Origin: Candidatus Kapaibacteriales bacterium | GTDB taxonomy: Bacteria; Bacteroidota; Ignavibacteria; Kapaibacteriales; UBA2268 | Assembly: GCA_965661945.1 (NCBI GenBank) | Contig: CBFIFP010000001.1 | Span: forward strand, 777,103 to 841,102 | Direction of reading: 5' to 3' | Length of the DNA: 64,000 nucleotides | Part shown: positions 9,229 to 21,324 of the stretch, in pieces | Layout of the letters: each line of letters begins with the position of its first letter | Position numbering within the stretch: the first letter of the stretch is position 1 | Position numbers and translations under genes: made by a program | Notes under the pieces: generated by a model | The model's database searches: none | What the model was told of the DNA's origin: nothing | Seen by the model: only the letters and a program-made list of their open reading frames with translations

Positions 9229-9927
9229 TTATTCAACTATTTCTAATAATTCAACTTCAAACATTAATGTTTCGTTTGGTCCTATCATTTGACCAGCCCC
9301 TCTTTCGCCATAAGCAAGTTCTGAAGGTATCCAAAATGTATATTTTGCACCAACATTCATTAATAAAACTCCTTCTGTCCAGCCTTTAATAACTTGATTT
9401 AATTGGAATTCAGCTGGTTCGCCTCTATCAACAGAAGAGTCAAAAGTTTCACCACTTAATAATTTACCAGTGTAGTGTACTTTGACTTTAGTTGAGGCAC
9501 TTGCTGGTTTAGGTCCGTTACCTTCTTTTTCAACTTTGTATTGAAGACCAGATTCAGTAACTTTAACACCAGGTTTGTTTTTGTTTTCTTCAAGGAACTT
9601 TTTACCTTTTTCAATAGCTTCTTTTTGTTGTATTTCCTGTTGTTTTTGTTGTTTTTCTTGCATAAATACTTGGAAAGCTCTCATAACTTCTTCTCTTTGT
9701 TCTTTAGAAAGAGTAGCATCTCCACTTTTTAATGCAGATTCCATAGCACTTTGGATTATTTTAGTGTTCATCATTAGAGAATCTCTTAATAGGTTTTCAC
9801 CTAAGTTCCAACCGATTGTATATGCAACAGAATCAAGTTGTGTTTTAATTTCAATTTTTTTACTTTGGCTTTCATTTGAGCAAGCTAAAAAACTGAATAT
9901 AACCGCAATTAGAATTGTAAATTTCAT
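9229..9927 (-). CDS. FKBP-type peptidyl-prolyl cis-trans isomerase (FkpA-like) lipoprotein
   Basis: The C-terminal [18 protein letters not shown]...[26 protein letters not shown] is the canonical FKBP domain. The N-terminal [16 protein letters not shown] is a lipobox signal. The central region is Q/K-rich and helical. Confidence 0.8.
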   Translation of the reverse strand: MKFTILIAVIFSFLACSNESQSKKIEIKTQLDSVAYTIGWNLGENLLRDSLMMNTKIIQSAMESALKSGDATLSKEQREEVMRAFQVFMQEKQQKQQEIQQKEAIEKGKKFLEENKNKPGVKVTESGLQYKVEKEGNGPKPASASTKVKVHYTGKLLSGETFDSSVDRGEPAEFQLNQVIKGWTEGVLLMNVGAKYTFWIPSELAYGERGAGQMIGPNETLMFEVELLEIVE

Positions 9928-9968
9928 TTTTGCCTTAAATTATTGTGAATAAATATTTTTTAAATAAG

Positions 9969-9998
9969 AAAAGTAGTGCTAACTAAAGCACTACTTTT
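9969..9998 (-). terminator. hairpin terminator downstream of rpoC
   Basis: A 12-bp stem aaaagtagtgct/agcactactttt with loop aactaa, immediately 3' of the rpoC stop on the minus strand. Confidence 0.5.
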
Positions 9999-10004
9999 AA
10001 ATCA

Positions 10005-13000
10005 TTATGCTGATAATATTTCTTTGATATTAATTTTACTAGGTTGTTTATTACCAAAGATATTACCTACATTACTTTTTATAACTATGCGTTGATAATC
10101 TCTAATACCTGTACCAGCGGGGATTAACTGACCTATAATAATGTTTTCTTTTAGACCAGCAAGATTATCTACTTTTGCACCAATTGATGCTTCAGAAAGT
10201 ACTTTAGTAGTTTCTTGGAAAGAAGCAGCAGACAACCAGCTTTCAGTAGTTAAAGATGCTTGAGTAATACCGAGTAGAATTGGTTCCCCAATCGCAGGTT
10301 CAGCATTTCTAAATTCAGCTTGAACTTTATCTTTTTTCTCTAAATCAGCATTTGCTTGTCTAACTTTACGTTTTAAATAAAGGTGGTTTTCATTAAATTT
10401 AGAATCACCTTTATCTGAAATCACTACCATTCCTTTCATTCTTTCATTCTCGTCAAGGAATCTATTTTTATTTACGTTATCATTTTCAATTAAGTCTGTA
10501 TCGCCAGAATCATAAACTTTAACTTTTTGAAGCATTTGACGAACAATAACTTCAATATGTTTATCGTTAATTTTTACACCTTGCATACGGTAAACTTCTT
10601 GAACTTCATTTACTAAGTATTCTTGAACGGCATTAACCCCTTTAATTCTAAGAATATCATGCGGGTTAATTGAGCCCTCAGTAAGTCTATCTCCTGCTCT
10701 AACGAAGTCACCTTCTTGAACTAGAACGTATTTGGAAATAGGAACAGAGTATTCAGTTTTAGTTTTCTCATCAACGGAGGTAACAACAATAATTCTTTGA
10801 CCTCTTTTGTGCTTCTCGAAAGAAACAATACCATCGATTTCAGATACAACAGCAGGATTTTGCGGAGAACGAGCTTCAAATAGCTCAGTTACTCTTGGAA
10901 GACCTCCTGTAATATCTCTTGTTCTACCTAAATCTCTAGGGATTTTAACAAGAGGAGTACCTATTCTTACATCATCGTGGTCATCAACTCTAAGTTGAGA
11001 ACGTGATGGTATATTATAAGTTTTAAGAATTTCTCCATTTGCATCAACGATTTCAATAGAAGGAGACTTTGTTTTATCTCTTGAGTCTATAACGACTTTC
11101 GTAATGTGTCCTGTTTGCTCATCATTAACTTCACGGAAGGTTGTATTTAAAACTAAATCTTTAAATCTTACTTTACCAGTATGTTCAGCAATAATAGTTG
11201 CGTTATAAGGATCCCATTCATAAATTAAATCACCTTTTGCAACAGTATCACCTTCTAAAACTTTAAGTTCAGCACCATAAGTGGCATCATAATGTGTAAT
11301 TAATCTATCAGTCTCAACATCTTTAATGTTAATAACACCTGAACGAGAAACAACTACATTTACATCTCTACCCTCTTCCTGGTAGCTTACAATTTTAATG
11401 TTTTCAAATTCTATTCTACCTGCAAATTTTGAATTTACAGTTGATTGAGAGGCAACTAAAGAAGCTGTACCACCTGTGTGGAAAGTTCTAAGAGTTAACT
11501 GAGTACCTGGCTCACCAATAGATTGAGAAGCGATTGTACCAACTGCTTCACCTTGGTCCACCAGACTGCTAGTAGCCATATTTCTACCATAACACTTAGC
11601 ACAAACTCCTCTTCGAGTTTCGCAAGTAAGAACCGAACGTATTTTAACAGTTTCAATAGGAGAATCTTCAACTATATCTGCTAAATCTTCAGTAACAACT
11701 TCACCTTTTTTAATTAAAAGTTCATTAGATAATGGGTCATATACATCATCAAGAACTACTCTTCCAAGTATTCTTTCACCTAAAGATTCTTTAATTTCCT
11801 CACCATCTTTAAGAGCAGAAATGTTGATACCTCTTACCGTTTGACAATCAACTTCAGTAATAATTGCATCTTGAGCAACATCATGAAGACGACGAGTTAG
11901 ATAACCAGCATCAGCAGTTTTAAGTGCAGTATCAGCCAGACCTTTTCTCGCACCATGTGTAGAGATAAAGTATTCAAGAACCGAAAGACCTTCTTTAAAG
12001 TTTGCAATAATTGGATTCTCAATCAACTCACCAGAAGAACCAGAAAGAGATTTCTTAGGTTTAGCCATAAGTCCTCTCATACCAGCCAACTGACGAATTT
12101 GCTCTTTAGAACCTCTTGCTTTAGAATCAAGCATCATCCAGAAAGAGTTAAACCCATCGTTATGACTTGACATTTCATTATAAAGTTTATCAGCAACCCT
12201 GTTAGTAGCAGTTGACCAAGTATCAATTATTTTGTTGTATCTTTCACCAGAAGAAATAACACCATTCATGTAAGCAAACTCGATTTTGTCAATTTTGCCT
12301 TCTGCATTATTAATAATATCAGTTTTTAATTCTGGAACAACTACATCCTCAATTGATACAGATAAACCACCAGCAGTTGCATATTGAAAACCTACTGCCT
12401 TCATTTTATCAAGGAATTTAACAGTTTTAGCAATACCTGCTCTTCTAAAGCAAAGTCCGATAATTTGTCTTAATCTATTTTTAGTTAAAAGTTCGTTAAC
12501 AAGACCTAGTTCAGCAGGAGCAAAACTATTAAAAATCATTCTACCAGTAGAAGATTCAACTATTTCGCCATTATGACGAACTCTAATTTTAGCATGTAAA
12601 TCTAATTTCTTGTTATTAAAAGCAACAAGCATTTCATCATAAGATGAAAATAGTTTATTCTCACCTACAGCACCTTTTCGAATCTTGGTAATATAATAAA
12701 TACCAAGAACCATGTCCTGAGACGGAACAGCAATAGGTTCACCATTCTGAGTGTGCATAATATTGTGTGGAGCAAGCATCAAAAGCATTGCTTCTAACTG
12801 TGCTTCATAAGAAATAGGAAGGTGAACAGCCATCTGGTCACCGTCAAAGTCTGCGTTAAAGGCAGTACATACAAGTGGGTGAAGCTGAATTGCTTTACCT
12901 TCTACTAATCTAGGTTGAAATGCTTGGATACCTAATCTGTGAAGAGTTGGTGCGCGGTTTAGCATAACCGGGTGACCATCTATAACTTTTTCTAGTATAT

Positions 13001-14252
13001 CCCAAACTTCATTAGTTTTTCTTTCAACCATTTTTTTAGCACTTTTTACAGTTTTTACGTGTCCGCGCTCTATTAATTTTCTAATAACAAATGGTTTGAA
13101 TAATTCTACAGCCATATCCTTAGGCAAACCACATTCGTGGAGTTCTAATTCAGGACCTACAACAATTACAGAACGACCGGAGTAATCAACCCTTTTACCA
13201 AGTAAGTTTTGACGGAAACGACCTGCTTTACCTTTAAGAGTATCAGCAAGTGATTTTAATGCACGTTGAGATTCTGCTCTAACCGCTCTTCTTGAGTTAT
13301 CAAAAAGTGCATCTACAGATTCTTGTAGCATTCTTTTTTCATTTCTAAGAATAACTTCTGGAGCTTTTATGTCAATTAATCTTTTAAGACGATTATTTCT
13401 AATAATTACTCTTCTGTAAAGGTCATTTAAGTCAGATGTAGCGAATCTACCTCCCTCTAAAGGAACTAAAGGTCTTAAATCTGGAGGAATTATAGGGACA
13501 ACATCAAGCACCATCCATTCAGGTCTATTCTCTAAATGAGAAGCTTCTGACCGTCTGAATGCGTCAAGAATTCTTAATCTTTTAAGTAAGTCAGCTTTTT
13601 TAATTTGAGAAGTTTCTTCTTTAAGTAAAGATTTTAATCTATAATACTCATCAGTAGGATTTACTCTTTTTAGAAGCTCTTTAATACCTTCGCCACCAAT
13701 TAATGCTATGAATTTATTAGGGTCATCGTCATCCATTTCCAATTCTTCATCAGGAAGTGAATCAACAACATCAAGGTATTGTTCTTCAGTTAATAAGTCT
13801 TTAGTTTGCAAACCAGTCTTACCTGGTTGAACAACAACATAAGATTCATAATATACTATTCTTTCAATATCCTTAGTCGGCATTCCAAGAACACCACTAA
13901 TTTTACTTGGAAGAGAGCGTAAGAACCATATATGAATAACTGGAACAGCTAACATAATGTGTCCCATTCTTTCACGGCGTACAGATTTTTGAGTTACTTC
14001 AACCCCACATCTGTCACAAACGATACCTTTGTATCTAATTCTTTTATATTTACCACACGCACATTCCCAGTCTCTTATGGGTCCAAAGATTTTTTCACAG
14101 AAAAGACCATCTTTTTCAGGTCTGAAAGATCTATAATTGATTGTTTCGGGTTTAGTAACCTCGCCTCTTGACCTATTCAAAATATCGTCAGGAGAAGCGA
14201 TTTTAATAGTTATGCTACTAAAACCTTTTTTAGGAATCGATATAGTTTGCAT
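10005..14252 (-). CDS. rpoC: DNA-directed RNA polymerase subunit beta'
   Basis: 1415 aa. It has the NADFDGD catalytic motif, zinc-finger cysteines near the N-terminus and the overall beta' architecture. It lies directly downstream of rpoB. Confidence 0.95.
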   Translation of the reverse strand: MQTISIPKKGFSSITIKIASPDDILNRSRGEVTKPETINYRSFRPEKDGLFCEKIFGPIRDWECACGKYKRIRYKGIVCDRCGVEVTQKSVRRERMGHIMLAVPVIHIWFLRSLPSKISGVLGMPTKDIERIVYYESYVVVQPGKTGLQTKDLLTEEQYLDVVDSLPDEELEMDDDDPNKFIALIGGEGIKELLKRVNPTDEYYRLKSLLKEETSQIKKADLLKRLRILDAFRRSEASHLENRPEWMVLDVVPIIPPDLRPLVPLEGGRFATSDLNDLYRRVIIRNNRLKRLIDIKAPEVILRNEKRMLQESVDALFDNSRRAVRAESQRALKSLADTLKGKAGRFRQNLLGKRVDYSGRSVIVVGPELELHECGLPKDMAVELFKPFVIRKLIERGHVKTVKSAKKMVERKTNEVWDILEKVIDGHPVMLNRAPTLHRLGIQAFQPRLVEGKAIQLHPLVCTAFNADFDGDQMAVHLPISYEAQLEAMLLMLAPHNIMHTQNGEPIAVPSQDMVLGIYYITKIRKGAVGENKLFSSYDEMLVAFNNKKLDLHAKIRVRHNGEIVESSTGRMIFNSFAPAELGLVNELLTKNRLRQIIGLCFRRAGIAKTVKFLDKMKAVGFQYATAGGLSVSIEDVVVPELKTDIINNAEGKIDKIEFAYMNGVISSGERYNKIIDTWSTATNRVADKLYNEMSSHNDGFNSFWMMLDSKARGSKEQIRQLAGMRGLMAKPKKSLSGSSGELIENPIIANFKEGLSVLEYFISTHGARKGLADTALKTADAGYLTRRLHDVAQDAIITEVDCQTVRGINISALKDGEEIKESLGERILGRVVLDDVYDPLSNELLIKKGEVVTEDLADIVEDSPIETVKIRSVLTCETRRGVCAKCYGRNMATSSLVDQGEAVGTIASQSIGEPGTQLTLRTFHTGGTASLVASQSTVNSKFAGRIEFENIKIVSYQEEGRDVNVVVSRSGVINIKDVETDRLITHYDATYGAELKVLEGDTVAKGDLIYEWDPYNATIIAEHTGKVRFKDLVLNTTFREVNDEQTGHITKVVIDSRDKTKSPSIEIVDANGEILKTYNIPSRSQLRVDDHDDVRIGTPLVKIPRDLGRTRDITGGLPRVTELFEARSPQNPAVVSEIDGIVSFEKHKRGQRIIVVTSVDEKTKTEYSVPISKYVLVQEGDFVRAGDRLTEGSINPHDILRIKGVNAVQEYLVNEVQEVYRMQGVKINDKHIEVIVRQMLQKVKVYDSGDTDLIENDNVNKNRFLDENERMKGMVVISDKGDSKFNENHLYLKRKVRQANADLEKKDKVQAEFRNAEPAIGEPILLGITQASLTTESWLSAASFQETTKVLSEASIGAKVDNLAGLKENIIIGQLIPAGTGIRDYQRIVIKSNVGNIFGNKQPSKINIKEILSA

Positions 14253-14280
14253 TTGGATATCCTAATGAATTTATTTTCTA

Positions 14281-17200
14281 TTAAACAATATGAACATCAA
14301 GACAAAGCCCTTGAAGTTCCCTAATAAGTACATTAAATGATTCTGGAATATTTGGGTCTTGTAAGTTATCCCCTTTTACAATGTGTTCGTACATTTTAGC
14401 ACGACCTTGAACATCATCAGATTTCACAGTAATCATTTCTTGTAAAGTATGAGCTGCACCATAAGCTTCTAATGCCCAAACCTCCATCTCTCCTAATCTC
14501 TGACCACCAAATTGTGCTTTACCACCAAGAGGTTGCTGAGTTATAAGTGAGTAAGGTCCTATTGAGCGCGCATGAAGTTTATCATCAACCAAGTGAGCAA
14601 GTTTTAACATATAAATGTAACCAACTGTAACTCTCTCAGTAAATTTTTCACCGGTTCTACCATCGTATAATTCAGTTTTTCCATCTGTTGGAAGTCCTGC
14701 TTTATCGAGGTAATATTTTACTTGATCCCAAGATGCACCATTAAAAATAGGAGTTGCAAAGTGAACGCCAAGTTTACTCGCAGCCCAGCCAAGAGCAGTT
14801 TCGTATAACTGTCCAAGATTCATCCTTGAAGGTACACCCAGAGGATTTAAAACTATATCTACAGAAGTACCATCTGGAAGGAAAGGCATATCCTCTACAG
14901 GAACGATTTTTGAAACAATACCTTTATTACCATGACGACCAGCCATTTTATCACCAACTTGTAGCTTACGTTTTTTAGCAACATAAACTTTAGCCATCTG
15001 AAGGATGCCTGGTTGAAGTTCATCTCCTGAAGCAAGTTTTGTTTTTTCAGATCTAAAATCTGCTTTAACATCATTTCTTACTCTAAGGTAACTTTGTATT
15101 ACATCTCTTAATAAATCATCTTGAGTTTCATCTTCTATAATTTGAGAATTGAAATCAACCAATTCAGGTTTTAATAATCCTTCATAATATTTTTCTTTAA
15201 CATCTTGTTCTGTAACAAGAGTACCTTTTCTAAAAATATTAACATTATTAGTTAGTTTAAAGAATATTATTTTTTGACCATCTAATATTTTAGAAATTCT
15301 TCTAACTACTTCATCATCTAATTTTTTAACTGCAGTTTTTTCAAGAGTATTTATTTTATCTTGACGTTTTTTCTCTTCTTTTCTGGTTTCTTTATCCATA
15401 GTGAGAAGTCTGCGAGTAAAGAGTTTAGTATTAATAACAATACCTTTTAGTCCAGGTCCAGCTTTTAATGATACATCTTTAACATCACCTGCTTTATCAC
15501 CAAAAATAGCACGTAGAAGTTTTTCTTCTGGAGTAGGGTCAGTTTCACCTTTTGGAGTTATTTTACCAATCAGAATATCACCCTCATAAACCTTAGCTCC
15601 AACTCTTACTATACCATATTCATCTAAGTCTTTGGTAGCTTCTTCGGAAACATTAGGTATTTCTCTTGTAAACTCTTCTTCTCCGCGTTTAGTATCTCTT
15701 ACCTGAAGAGTAAATTCTTCAATGTGAATGGAGGTAAACACATCTTGAGCAACAATTCTTTCAGAAATTACTATCGCATCCTCAAAGTTATAACCTCTCC
15801 AAGGCATAAATGCAACTAGTACATTCTGACCTAAAGCAAGTTCGCCCATTTCAGTTGCAGCACCATCGGATAAAGGTTGCCCTTTAACTACCTTATCACC
15901 TGCCCTTACTAAAGGACGTTGATTGATACAAGTATCTTGGTTAGTTCTAAAGAATTTTAATAATTTATAAGTTTTAGTTTGTTGATATTCAAAATCGATT
16001 AATTTTTCTTTATCATCTCTATTGTCTTCATATTTTACTCTAATTTCATCGGATGATACGTATTCAATTATCCCATCATTTTCTGCAAGAATTAGAGTTT
16101 TTGAATCTCTTGCAGATTTAGCTTCCATACCAGTACCTACAAAAGGTGCATGTGGTTTGAGAAGTGGAACTGCTTGACGTTGCATGTTTGCACCCATCAA
16201 AGCCCTGTTTGCATCATCGTGTTCCAAAAATGGAATGTGAGCAGATGCTATAGAAGTGATTTGATCAGTTGAAACATCCATATATTCAATATCTGTAGGA
16301 GCAACTAAAACGAAATCACCAGATTTTCTTGCTTTAATTTTATCTCCAATAATTTTACCATTTTCATCTACAGGAGTAGAAGCAGTTGATAAAATATGAC
16401 CGTCTTCAATTTCTGCTGTTAAGTAAACAATCTCATCAGTTACATAACCATCTTTGCAAATATAATAAGGAGATTGTAAAAATCCTAATTCATTAGTTGT
16501 AGAATGAATAGCAAGAGATGAAATTAGACCAATATTTGGTCCCTCAGGAGTTTCAATAGGACATAAACGACCATAATGAGTATAATGAACGTCTCTTACC
16601 TCAAATCCTGCTCTTTCACGAGTTAGACCACCTGGTCCTAATGCAGAAGTTCTTCTTTTATGAGTTAACTCAGCTAAAGGATTAGTTTGGTCCATAAATT
16701 GAGAAAGCTGATTAGTACCAAAGAATTGGTTAACTACAGAAGTAATTGTTCTAGCGTTTACTAATTCCGATGGTGTTAGATTTTCACCATCATTTACAGA
16801 TAATCTTTCTTTAATTGTTCTTGCCATACGAGCAAGACCAATATTAAATTGATTTTGTAATTGTTCTCCAACAGTTCTTACTCTTCTATTTCCAAGGTGA
16901 TCGATATCATCTCCACCCCATTTGTTTTTATGAAGCAATATTAATTGTTTAATAATTGTAACAATATCTGTTACAGTTAAATAAGTAACATCTTCTGGTA
17001 TATCTAAATTTAATTTATCATTAATTCTAAATCTACCTACTTTACCTAAGTCATATCTTTTATCAGAGAAAAACATTTTTTCTAAAAGGGCTTCAGCAGT
17101 TTCCATGTCTGGCGGCTCACTTGAGCGCAGAGTACGGTAGATAAGTTCTAATGCGTCTTCTTTATTTCTTGTAACATCTTTAGTTAATGAGCGTGCAATA

Positions 17201-18147
17201 AGTGGCTCTTCAGTAGCATCAGTATAATTAAATAATCTAACTGGCGATAAGGTAGTTGATTTGGCTATTTCTAAAAAAGCTTCATCAATATACATATCTC
17301 TCACTGCAATAATCTCACCTGTTTCAAGGTTTATAACATCAGACGCGATTCTTCTGTTTAAAAAGCTTTCATCAAAAGTTTTCGCATCATGATCAGCTGC
17401 TAAATCAAATAAATTTAAAATTTCTTCATCAGAAGAGAAACCTAAAGCTCTTAAAAATGTAGTAATTGGGAATTTTTTCTTTCTGTCAATATAAGCATAA
17501 AGAACTTCGTGAATATCTGTTATAAATTCTATCCAAGAACCTCTAAAAGGTATTATACGAGCAGTATAAATTCTTGTACCATTTGGGTGAAGTGCATCAT
17601 CAAAAAATGCACCTGGTGAACGGTGAATCTGAGTTACAACAACACGCTCAGCTCCATTAATTATAAAAGTACCGCGTTCAGTCATACTTGGAATATTTCC
17701 AAGATATACCTCTTGTTCTACAGCATCAATATAATCTTCTGTATCTTTTTCTGCTTTACTTGATAAACGAAGTTTAGCTTTTAATGGTTTAGAGAAAGTT
17801 AATTCTCTTTCTCTACATTCTTCTTCTGAATATTTTGGTCTTTCGATAATATATTCCAAAAATTCCAATTGGAAAACTTCGGAATTATCCAAAATAGGGA
17901 AGTTATTATTAAAAGCTGCTTGCAAACCAATGTTCTTTCTTTTGTGAGGAGGAACTTTTTCTTGCAAGAAGTTGTCGTAAGCATCAACTTGAATATTGAG
18001 AAGGTCTGGATAGTGAGCTGAGAAATCTCTTTTGGAGAAATTAATTCGCTCCCTTAGACGTATTATACCTTGACCCGATTTTAGTTTACGTTCTTTATAT
18101 TCTTTTGCTTCCACTTGATTATTCCCATTTTTTTTTGAGGAGTCCAT
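14281..18147 (-). CDS. rpoB: DNA-directed RNA polymerase subunit beta
   Basis: 1288 aa. Conserved beta-subunit blocks are present (rifampicin-cluster region GPGGLTRERAGFEVRDVH..., C-terminal GGQRLGEMEVWALEAYGAA). Confidence 0.95.
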   Translation of the reverse strand: MDSSKKNGNNQVEAKEYKERKLKSGQGIIRLRERINFSKRDFSAHYPDLLNIQVDAYDNFLQEKVPPHKRKNIGLQAAFNNNFPILDNSEVFQLEFLEYIIERPKYSEEECRERELTFSKPLKAKLRLSSKAEKDTEDYIDAVEQEVYLGNIPSMTERGTFIINGAERVVVTQIHRSPGAFFDDALHPNGTRIYTARIIPFRGSWIEFITDIHEVLYAYIDRKKKFPITTFLRALGFSSDEEILNLFDLAADHDAKTFDESFLNRRIASDVINLETGEIIAVRDMYIDEAFLEIAKSTTLSPVRLFNYTDATEEPLIARSLTKDVTRNKEDALELIYRTLRSSEPPDMETAEALLEKMFFSDKRYDLGKVGRFRINDKLNLDIPEDVTYLTVTDIVTIIKQLILLHKNKWGGDDIDHLGNRRVRTVGEQLQNQFNIGLARMARTIKERLSVNDGENLTPSELVNARTITSVVNQFFGTNQLSQFMDQTNPLAELTHKRRTSALGPGGLTRERAGFEVRDVHYTHYGRLCPIETPEGPNIGLISSLAIHSTTNELGFLQSPYYICKDGYVTDEIVYLTAEIEDGHILSTASTPVDENGKIIGDKIKARKSGDFVLVAPTDIEYMDVSTDQITSIASAHIPFLEHDDANRALMGANMQRQAVPLLKPHAPFVGTGMEAKSARDSKTLILAENDGIIEYVSSDEIRVKYEDNRDDKEKLIDFEYQQTKTYKLLKFFRTNQDTCINQRPLVRAGDKVVKGQPLSDGAATEMGELALGQNVLVAFMPWRGYNFEDAIVISERIVAQDVFTSIHIEEFTLQVRDTKRGEEEFTREIPNVSEEATKDLDEYGIVRVGAKVYEGDILIGKITPKGETDPTPEEKLLRAIFGDKAGDVKDVSLKAGPGLKGIVINTKLFTRRLLTMDKETRKEEKKRQDKINTLEKTAVKKLDDEVVRRISKILDGQKIIFFKLTNNVNIFRKGTLVTEQDVKEKYYEGLLKPELVDFNSQIIEDETQDDLLRDVIQSYLRVRNDVKADFRSEKTKLASGDELQPGILQMAKVYVAKKRKLQVGDKMAGRHGNKGIVSKIVPVEDMPFLPDGTSVDIVLNPLGVPSRMNLGQLYETALGWAASKLGVHFATPIFNGASWDQVKYYLDKAGLPTDGKTELYDGRTGEKFTERVTVGYIYMLKLAHLVDDKLHARSIGPYSLITQQPLGGKAQFGGQRLGEMEVWALEAYGAAHTLQEMITVKSDDVQGRAKMYEHIVKGDNLQDPNIPESFNVLIRELQGLCLDVHIV

Positions 18148-18180
18148 AATTTTTTGCTCCTTTAATTTAAAACAATAAAA

Positions 18181-18221
18181 GGACTTTTTGATAATCGCGA
18201 TAAGCGTTTATCAAAAAATCC
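18181..18221 (-). promoter_or_regulatory. long imperfect hairpin in the rplL-rpoB intergenic leader (candidate processing/attenuation structure)
   Basis: A 14-bp stem ggactttttgataa/ttatcaaaaaatcc (1 mismatch) with a 13-nt loop containing the palindrome atcgcgat. It lies 34 nt upstream of the rpoB start. An RNase III site is known at this position in E. coli. Confidence 0.4.
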
Positions 18222-18304
18222 TGTTTACTACTTGTTATTATTTATACTTAGATTTAAAATCATTTTGTGCCGATAATTACTACGAAAAAATTTATAATAA
18301 GTTT

Positions 18305-18329
18305 AAGAGGAGAGAAGAACTCTCCTCTT
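18305..18329 (-). terminator. hairpin attenuator/terminator immediately downstream of rplL
   Basis: A perfect 10-bp stem aagaggagag/ctctcctctt with a 5-nt loop. On the minus strand it is followed by a U-rich tract. This is the classic rplL-rpoB attenuator position. Confidence 0.4.
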
Positions 18330-18345
18330 AATATAACTTAATAAA

Positions 18346-18729
18346 TTACTTCAAAGTAACTTTTGCACCAGCTTCTTCTAATTTTTTCTTAATATCTTCT
18401 GCTTCTTCTTTAGAAGCACCTTCTTTAACAGCTTTTGGAGCAGCTTCAACTAAATCTTTAGCTTCTTTTAAGCCAAGACCAGTTACTTCTCTTACAGCTT
18501 TAATAACTGCAATTTTTCCAGCTGCAGGAACTTCAGTAAGTTCTACATCAAAGTCAGATTTTTCTTCTGCAGCAGGTGCATCACCACCAGCAGCAGGTCC
18601 GCCAGCCATCATTACAGGGGCAGCAGCAGATACACCAAATTTTTCTTCCATTGCTGATTTTAATTCAGCAGCTTCAACTAATGTTAAGCTTGCGATTTCT
18701 TCGAGTAGTTTTTCAACTTTTTCAGACAT
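18346..18729 (-). CDS. rplL: 50S ribosomal protein L7/L12
   Basis: 127 aa with an Ala/Glu-rich hinge and a C-terminal KEAKDLVE...GAKV signature. Confidence 0.9.
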   Translation of the reverse strand: MSEKVEKLLEEIASLTLVEAAELKSAMEEKFGVSAAAPVMMAGGPAAGGDAPAAEEKSDFDVELTEVPAAGKIAVIKAVREVTGLGLKEAKDLVEAAPKAVKEGASKEEAEDIKKKLEEAGAKVTLK

Positions 18730-18770
18730 TTTTAAACTCCTAAATATTTTTTATGTTACAAATTAATAAA

Positions 18771-19301
18771 TCAAGCAGCGTTATTTTGTTTTTTCGCTAC
18801 TTCTTCAATCAACGACGCTACATCTCTAATTACTGCATTAATAGATCCAACGATACCTGAAGCAGGAGCGTTAAGACTACCCATAATTGCAGCAATCAAA
18901 TCTTCTTTCGAAGGTAGTGATGCTATTTTATTCAAATCAGCGCCATCGAAGTACTGCCCATCTAATAGTGCAGCTTTTAGAACTGGTTTTTCTTTTTTGT
19001 CGAATGCTTTTTTAATTATCTTTGAAGGAACAGTAGGGTCACCATTAGTAATGATAAGACCAGATTGTTCTTTCAATTTTTCTGCTGGAAATTCTAATCC
19101 TTCAGTTTGCTCAAACGCTTTTCTAATAAGAGTATTTTTTGCTACTCTGTATTTGATATCAGCGTCTCTTAGAGTGCTTCTGAATTCATTAGTCTCTTCA
19201 ACAGACATTGCTCGATAATTAACCAAGTAAACACCAGTTGCATCTTTTAGCATTTCAACCAATTCTTCAACTTGTTGCTTTTTTTGGCTTAAACTGATCA
19301 T
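18771..19301 (-). CDS. rplJ: 50S ribosomal protein L10
   Basis: 176 aa, positioned between rplA and rplL, with an L10-like N-terminal region. Confidence 0.9.
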   Translation of the reverse strand: MISLSQKKQQVEELVEMLKDATGVYLVNYRAMSVEETNEFRSTLRDADIKYRVAKNTLIRKAFEQTEGLEFPAEKLKEQSGLIITNGDPTVPSKIIKKAFDKKEKPVLKAALLDGQYFDGADLNKIASLPSKEDLIAAIMGSLNAPASGIVGSINAVIRDVASLIEEVAKKQNNAA

Positions 19302-19397
19302 AATTCCACTTTTTTAAATTAAAATTACTTTATACATTTTAACGGCATATTTAAAAATATGAGAAGCCCGCATTTATGTTCTAAAGTGCGTAATAGA

Positions 19398-20090
19398 CTA
19401 TTTTATTGTTGCGTCAGATATATTAACAGACGGACCCATTGTAGAACCAAAATATACAGCTTTAATATATTGTCCTTTGGCACTTGATGGTTTAGCAGCA
19501 ACTATACTTTGATAAAATGCTTTGATATTTTCTTCTAATTTATTAATCTCAAAAGAACATTTTCCTACTGCACCAGCGATATTACCTGATTTATCAACTC
19601 TGTATTCAATCTTACCTGCTTTAAGCTCAGTAACAGCTTTTGCTACATCAAATGTAACAGTTCCGATTTTCGGATTCGGCATTAATCCCCTTGGTCCTAA
19701 TATTCTACCGAGTTTACCAACTTCACCCATTACATCAGGAGTAGCTACTACTACATCTACATCAGCCCAACCAGATTTGATTTTATCAACGTATTCGTCA
19801 AGTCCTGCGTAATCTGCACCAGCATCAAGAGCTTCTTGATCTTTTGGCGCTTTAGCAAAAACTAAAACTCTTACATCTTTACCTGTACCATTTGGAAGAG
19901 ATACAGTACCTCTAACCATTTGATCAGCTTTTTTAGGGTCAACGCCTAAGCGTAAATAAATTTCAAAAGACTCGTCAAATTTAGCATTTGATGCTTTTTT
20001 GATTAACTCAACACCTTCAGAAAAAGTATATTGTTTTTTAGGGTCAATTAACTTTGCAATTTCGTTATATCTTTTACTTCTTTTTTTCAT
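19398..20090 (-). CDS. rplA: 50S ribosomal protein L1
   Basis: The ORF extends to 20126, but the alignment to L1 begins at [12 protein letters not shown] (20090). A GGAGG RBS lies 5-10 nt upstream of that Met. Confidence 0.85.
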   Translation of the reverse strand: MKKRSKRYNEIAKLIDPKKQYTFSEGVELIKKASNAKFDESFEIYLRLGVDPKKADQMVRGTVSLPNGTGKDVRVLVFAKAPKDQEALDAGADYAGLDEYVDKIKSGWADVDVVVATPDVMGEVGKLGRILGPRGLMPNPKIGTVTFDVAKAVTELKAGKIEYRVDKSGNIAGAVGKCSFEINKLEENIKAFYQSIVAAKPSSAKGQYIKAVYFGSTMGPSVNISDATIK

Positions 20091-20100
20091 TTTTTCCTCC

Positions 20101-20529
20101 TTAATTTTCGCTGTATAAAACACCAAGAGAGCGAGCAGTACCTTTAATCATGTCTATTGCAGCGTCTAAATTGCCTGCAGTTAGTTCATTCTTTTTGATT
20201 TCTGCAATTTTTTCGCATTGAGCTCTTGTAATTGTACCAACTTTTTTCTTATTAGGTTCACCTGAACCACTTTTAAGACCTAATTCTGCTAGAATTAATA
20301 CAGCCGCTGGAGGAGATTTGATTTCAAAATCAAATGATTTATCACTGAAGAAAGAAACTAGTACTGGTAAAACCATACCACCTTCTTTTTGAGTTTTAGC
20401 ATTGAATTGTTTAACAAATTCAGCGCCATTTAAACCTCTTTGACCGAATGCAGGACCTACGGGAGGGGACATTGTAGCTTGGCCTGCTTTAAGCTGCAAT
20501 TTAAATTTTCCCAATAACTTTTTAGCCAT
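20101..20529 (-). CDS. rplK: 50S ribosomal protein L11
   Basis: 142 aa. [18 protein letters not shown]...[13 protein letters not shown] is the L11 N-terminal signature. Confidence 0.9.
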   Translation of the reverse strand: MAKKLLGKFKLQLKAGQATMSPPVGPAFGQRGLNGAEFVKQFNAKTQKEGGMVLPVLVSFFSDKSFDFEIKSPPAAVLILAELGLKSGSGEPNKKKVGTITRAQCEKIAEIKKNELTAGNLDAAIDMIKGTARSLGVLYSEN

Positions 20530-20547
20530 TTTAAATCGTTTTAATTA

Positions 20548-21111
20548 TTAATGATTTTCCAATTCAACTTGAATGAAATCTAACTCGACAGGAGTTTTAC
20601 GACCTAAAATACCAACTTCAACTTTGAGTTTCTGCTTTTCGTTATTGACTTCTTTAACTGTTCCAGAAAAAGTATTGAAAGGACCATCAATAACTTTAAC
20701 TGGGTCACCAATACTAAATTGGGTTTCAACAGTAGCAATATCTTTACGCTCTTCGACTCTGCCGAGAATTCTTTCGATTTCGGCTTCTTGAAGTGGCTCA
20801 GGCTCTTTCCTTCTGCCGATGAAATTAACAACACCGGGCAAATTTTGAATTTCTTCTTGCAGACGTTTTGTTAAATCACATTTAACTAACATGTATCCTG
20901 GAAGAAAATTTTTCACTCTTTGCTTACGTTTGCCGTTTCTGACTTCAAATATTGTCTCCTCCGGTATCACGACTTCATCAATTAAATCTAAAAAACCGAG
21001 ACGAGTCATTTCTCGCTCGATAGCGTCTTTTATAGCATTCTCTTGGCCGGTAAAAATCCTAAGAGCATACCATTTATTTGATGTAGTATTTTCCGCAATC
21101 GGAGTATTCAT
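20548..21111 (-). CDS. nusG: transcription termination/antitermination factor NusG
   Basis: 187 aa. It has the NGN domain KWYALRIFTGQE and a C-terminal KOW motif GDPVKVIDGPF, and lies between secE and rplK. Confidence 0.9.
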   Translation of the reverse strand: MNTPIAENTTSNKWYALRIFTGQENAIKDAIEREMTRLGFLDLIDEVVIPEETIFEVRNGKRKQRVKNFLPGYMLVKCDLTKRLQEEIQNLPGVVNFIGRRKEPEPLQEAEIERILGRVEERKDIATVETQFSIGDPVKVIDGPFNTFSGTVKEVNNEKQKLKVEVGILGRKTPVELDFIQVELENH

Positions 21112-21125
21112 ATTACCTTATATTT

Positions 21126-21305
21126 TTAGAATAATAATCCAACAAGTGTACTAACAATGTTGTCCATTATAAAAACAATTGCAGTGATAACCAATGAAAC
21201 ACCGATTACCACATTAGTAGATTCTTTGAGTTGGTCTTTTGTAGGCCAAGAGACCTTTTTCATCTCAATTCTAACTTCTTCAATAAACTTTTTTAAATTA
21301 GCCAT
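21126..21305 (-). CDS. secE: preprotein translocase subunit SecE
   Basis: Manual translation gives a 59-aa single-TM protein MANLKKFIEEVRIEMKKVSWPTKDQLKESTNVVIGVSLVITAIVFIMDNIVSTLVGLLF. This is typical short SecE, located between tRNA-Trp and nusG. It is below the ORF-track size cutoff. Confidence 0.7.
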   Translation of the reverse strand: MANLKKFIEEVRIEMKKVSWPTKDQLKESTNVVIGVSLVITAIVFIMDNIVSTLVGLLF

Positions 21306-21324
21306 AGTTTTCTCTTGTTATTTG

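Noticed and set aside
9541-9952. Two plus-strand ORFs (63 and 125 aa) overlapping the fkpA-like gene
   Set aside because: They are antisense to a confidently identified FKBP gene, and their F/L/S/C-rich translations are codon-complement artefacts.
10807-17987. Several 60-75 aa ORFs inside rpoC and rpoB (both strands)
   Set aside because: They are embedded in highly conserved RNAP genes and are out of frame or antisense, with no RBS or conservation.
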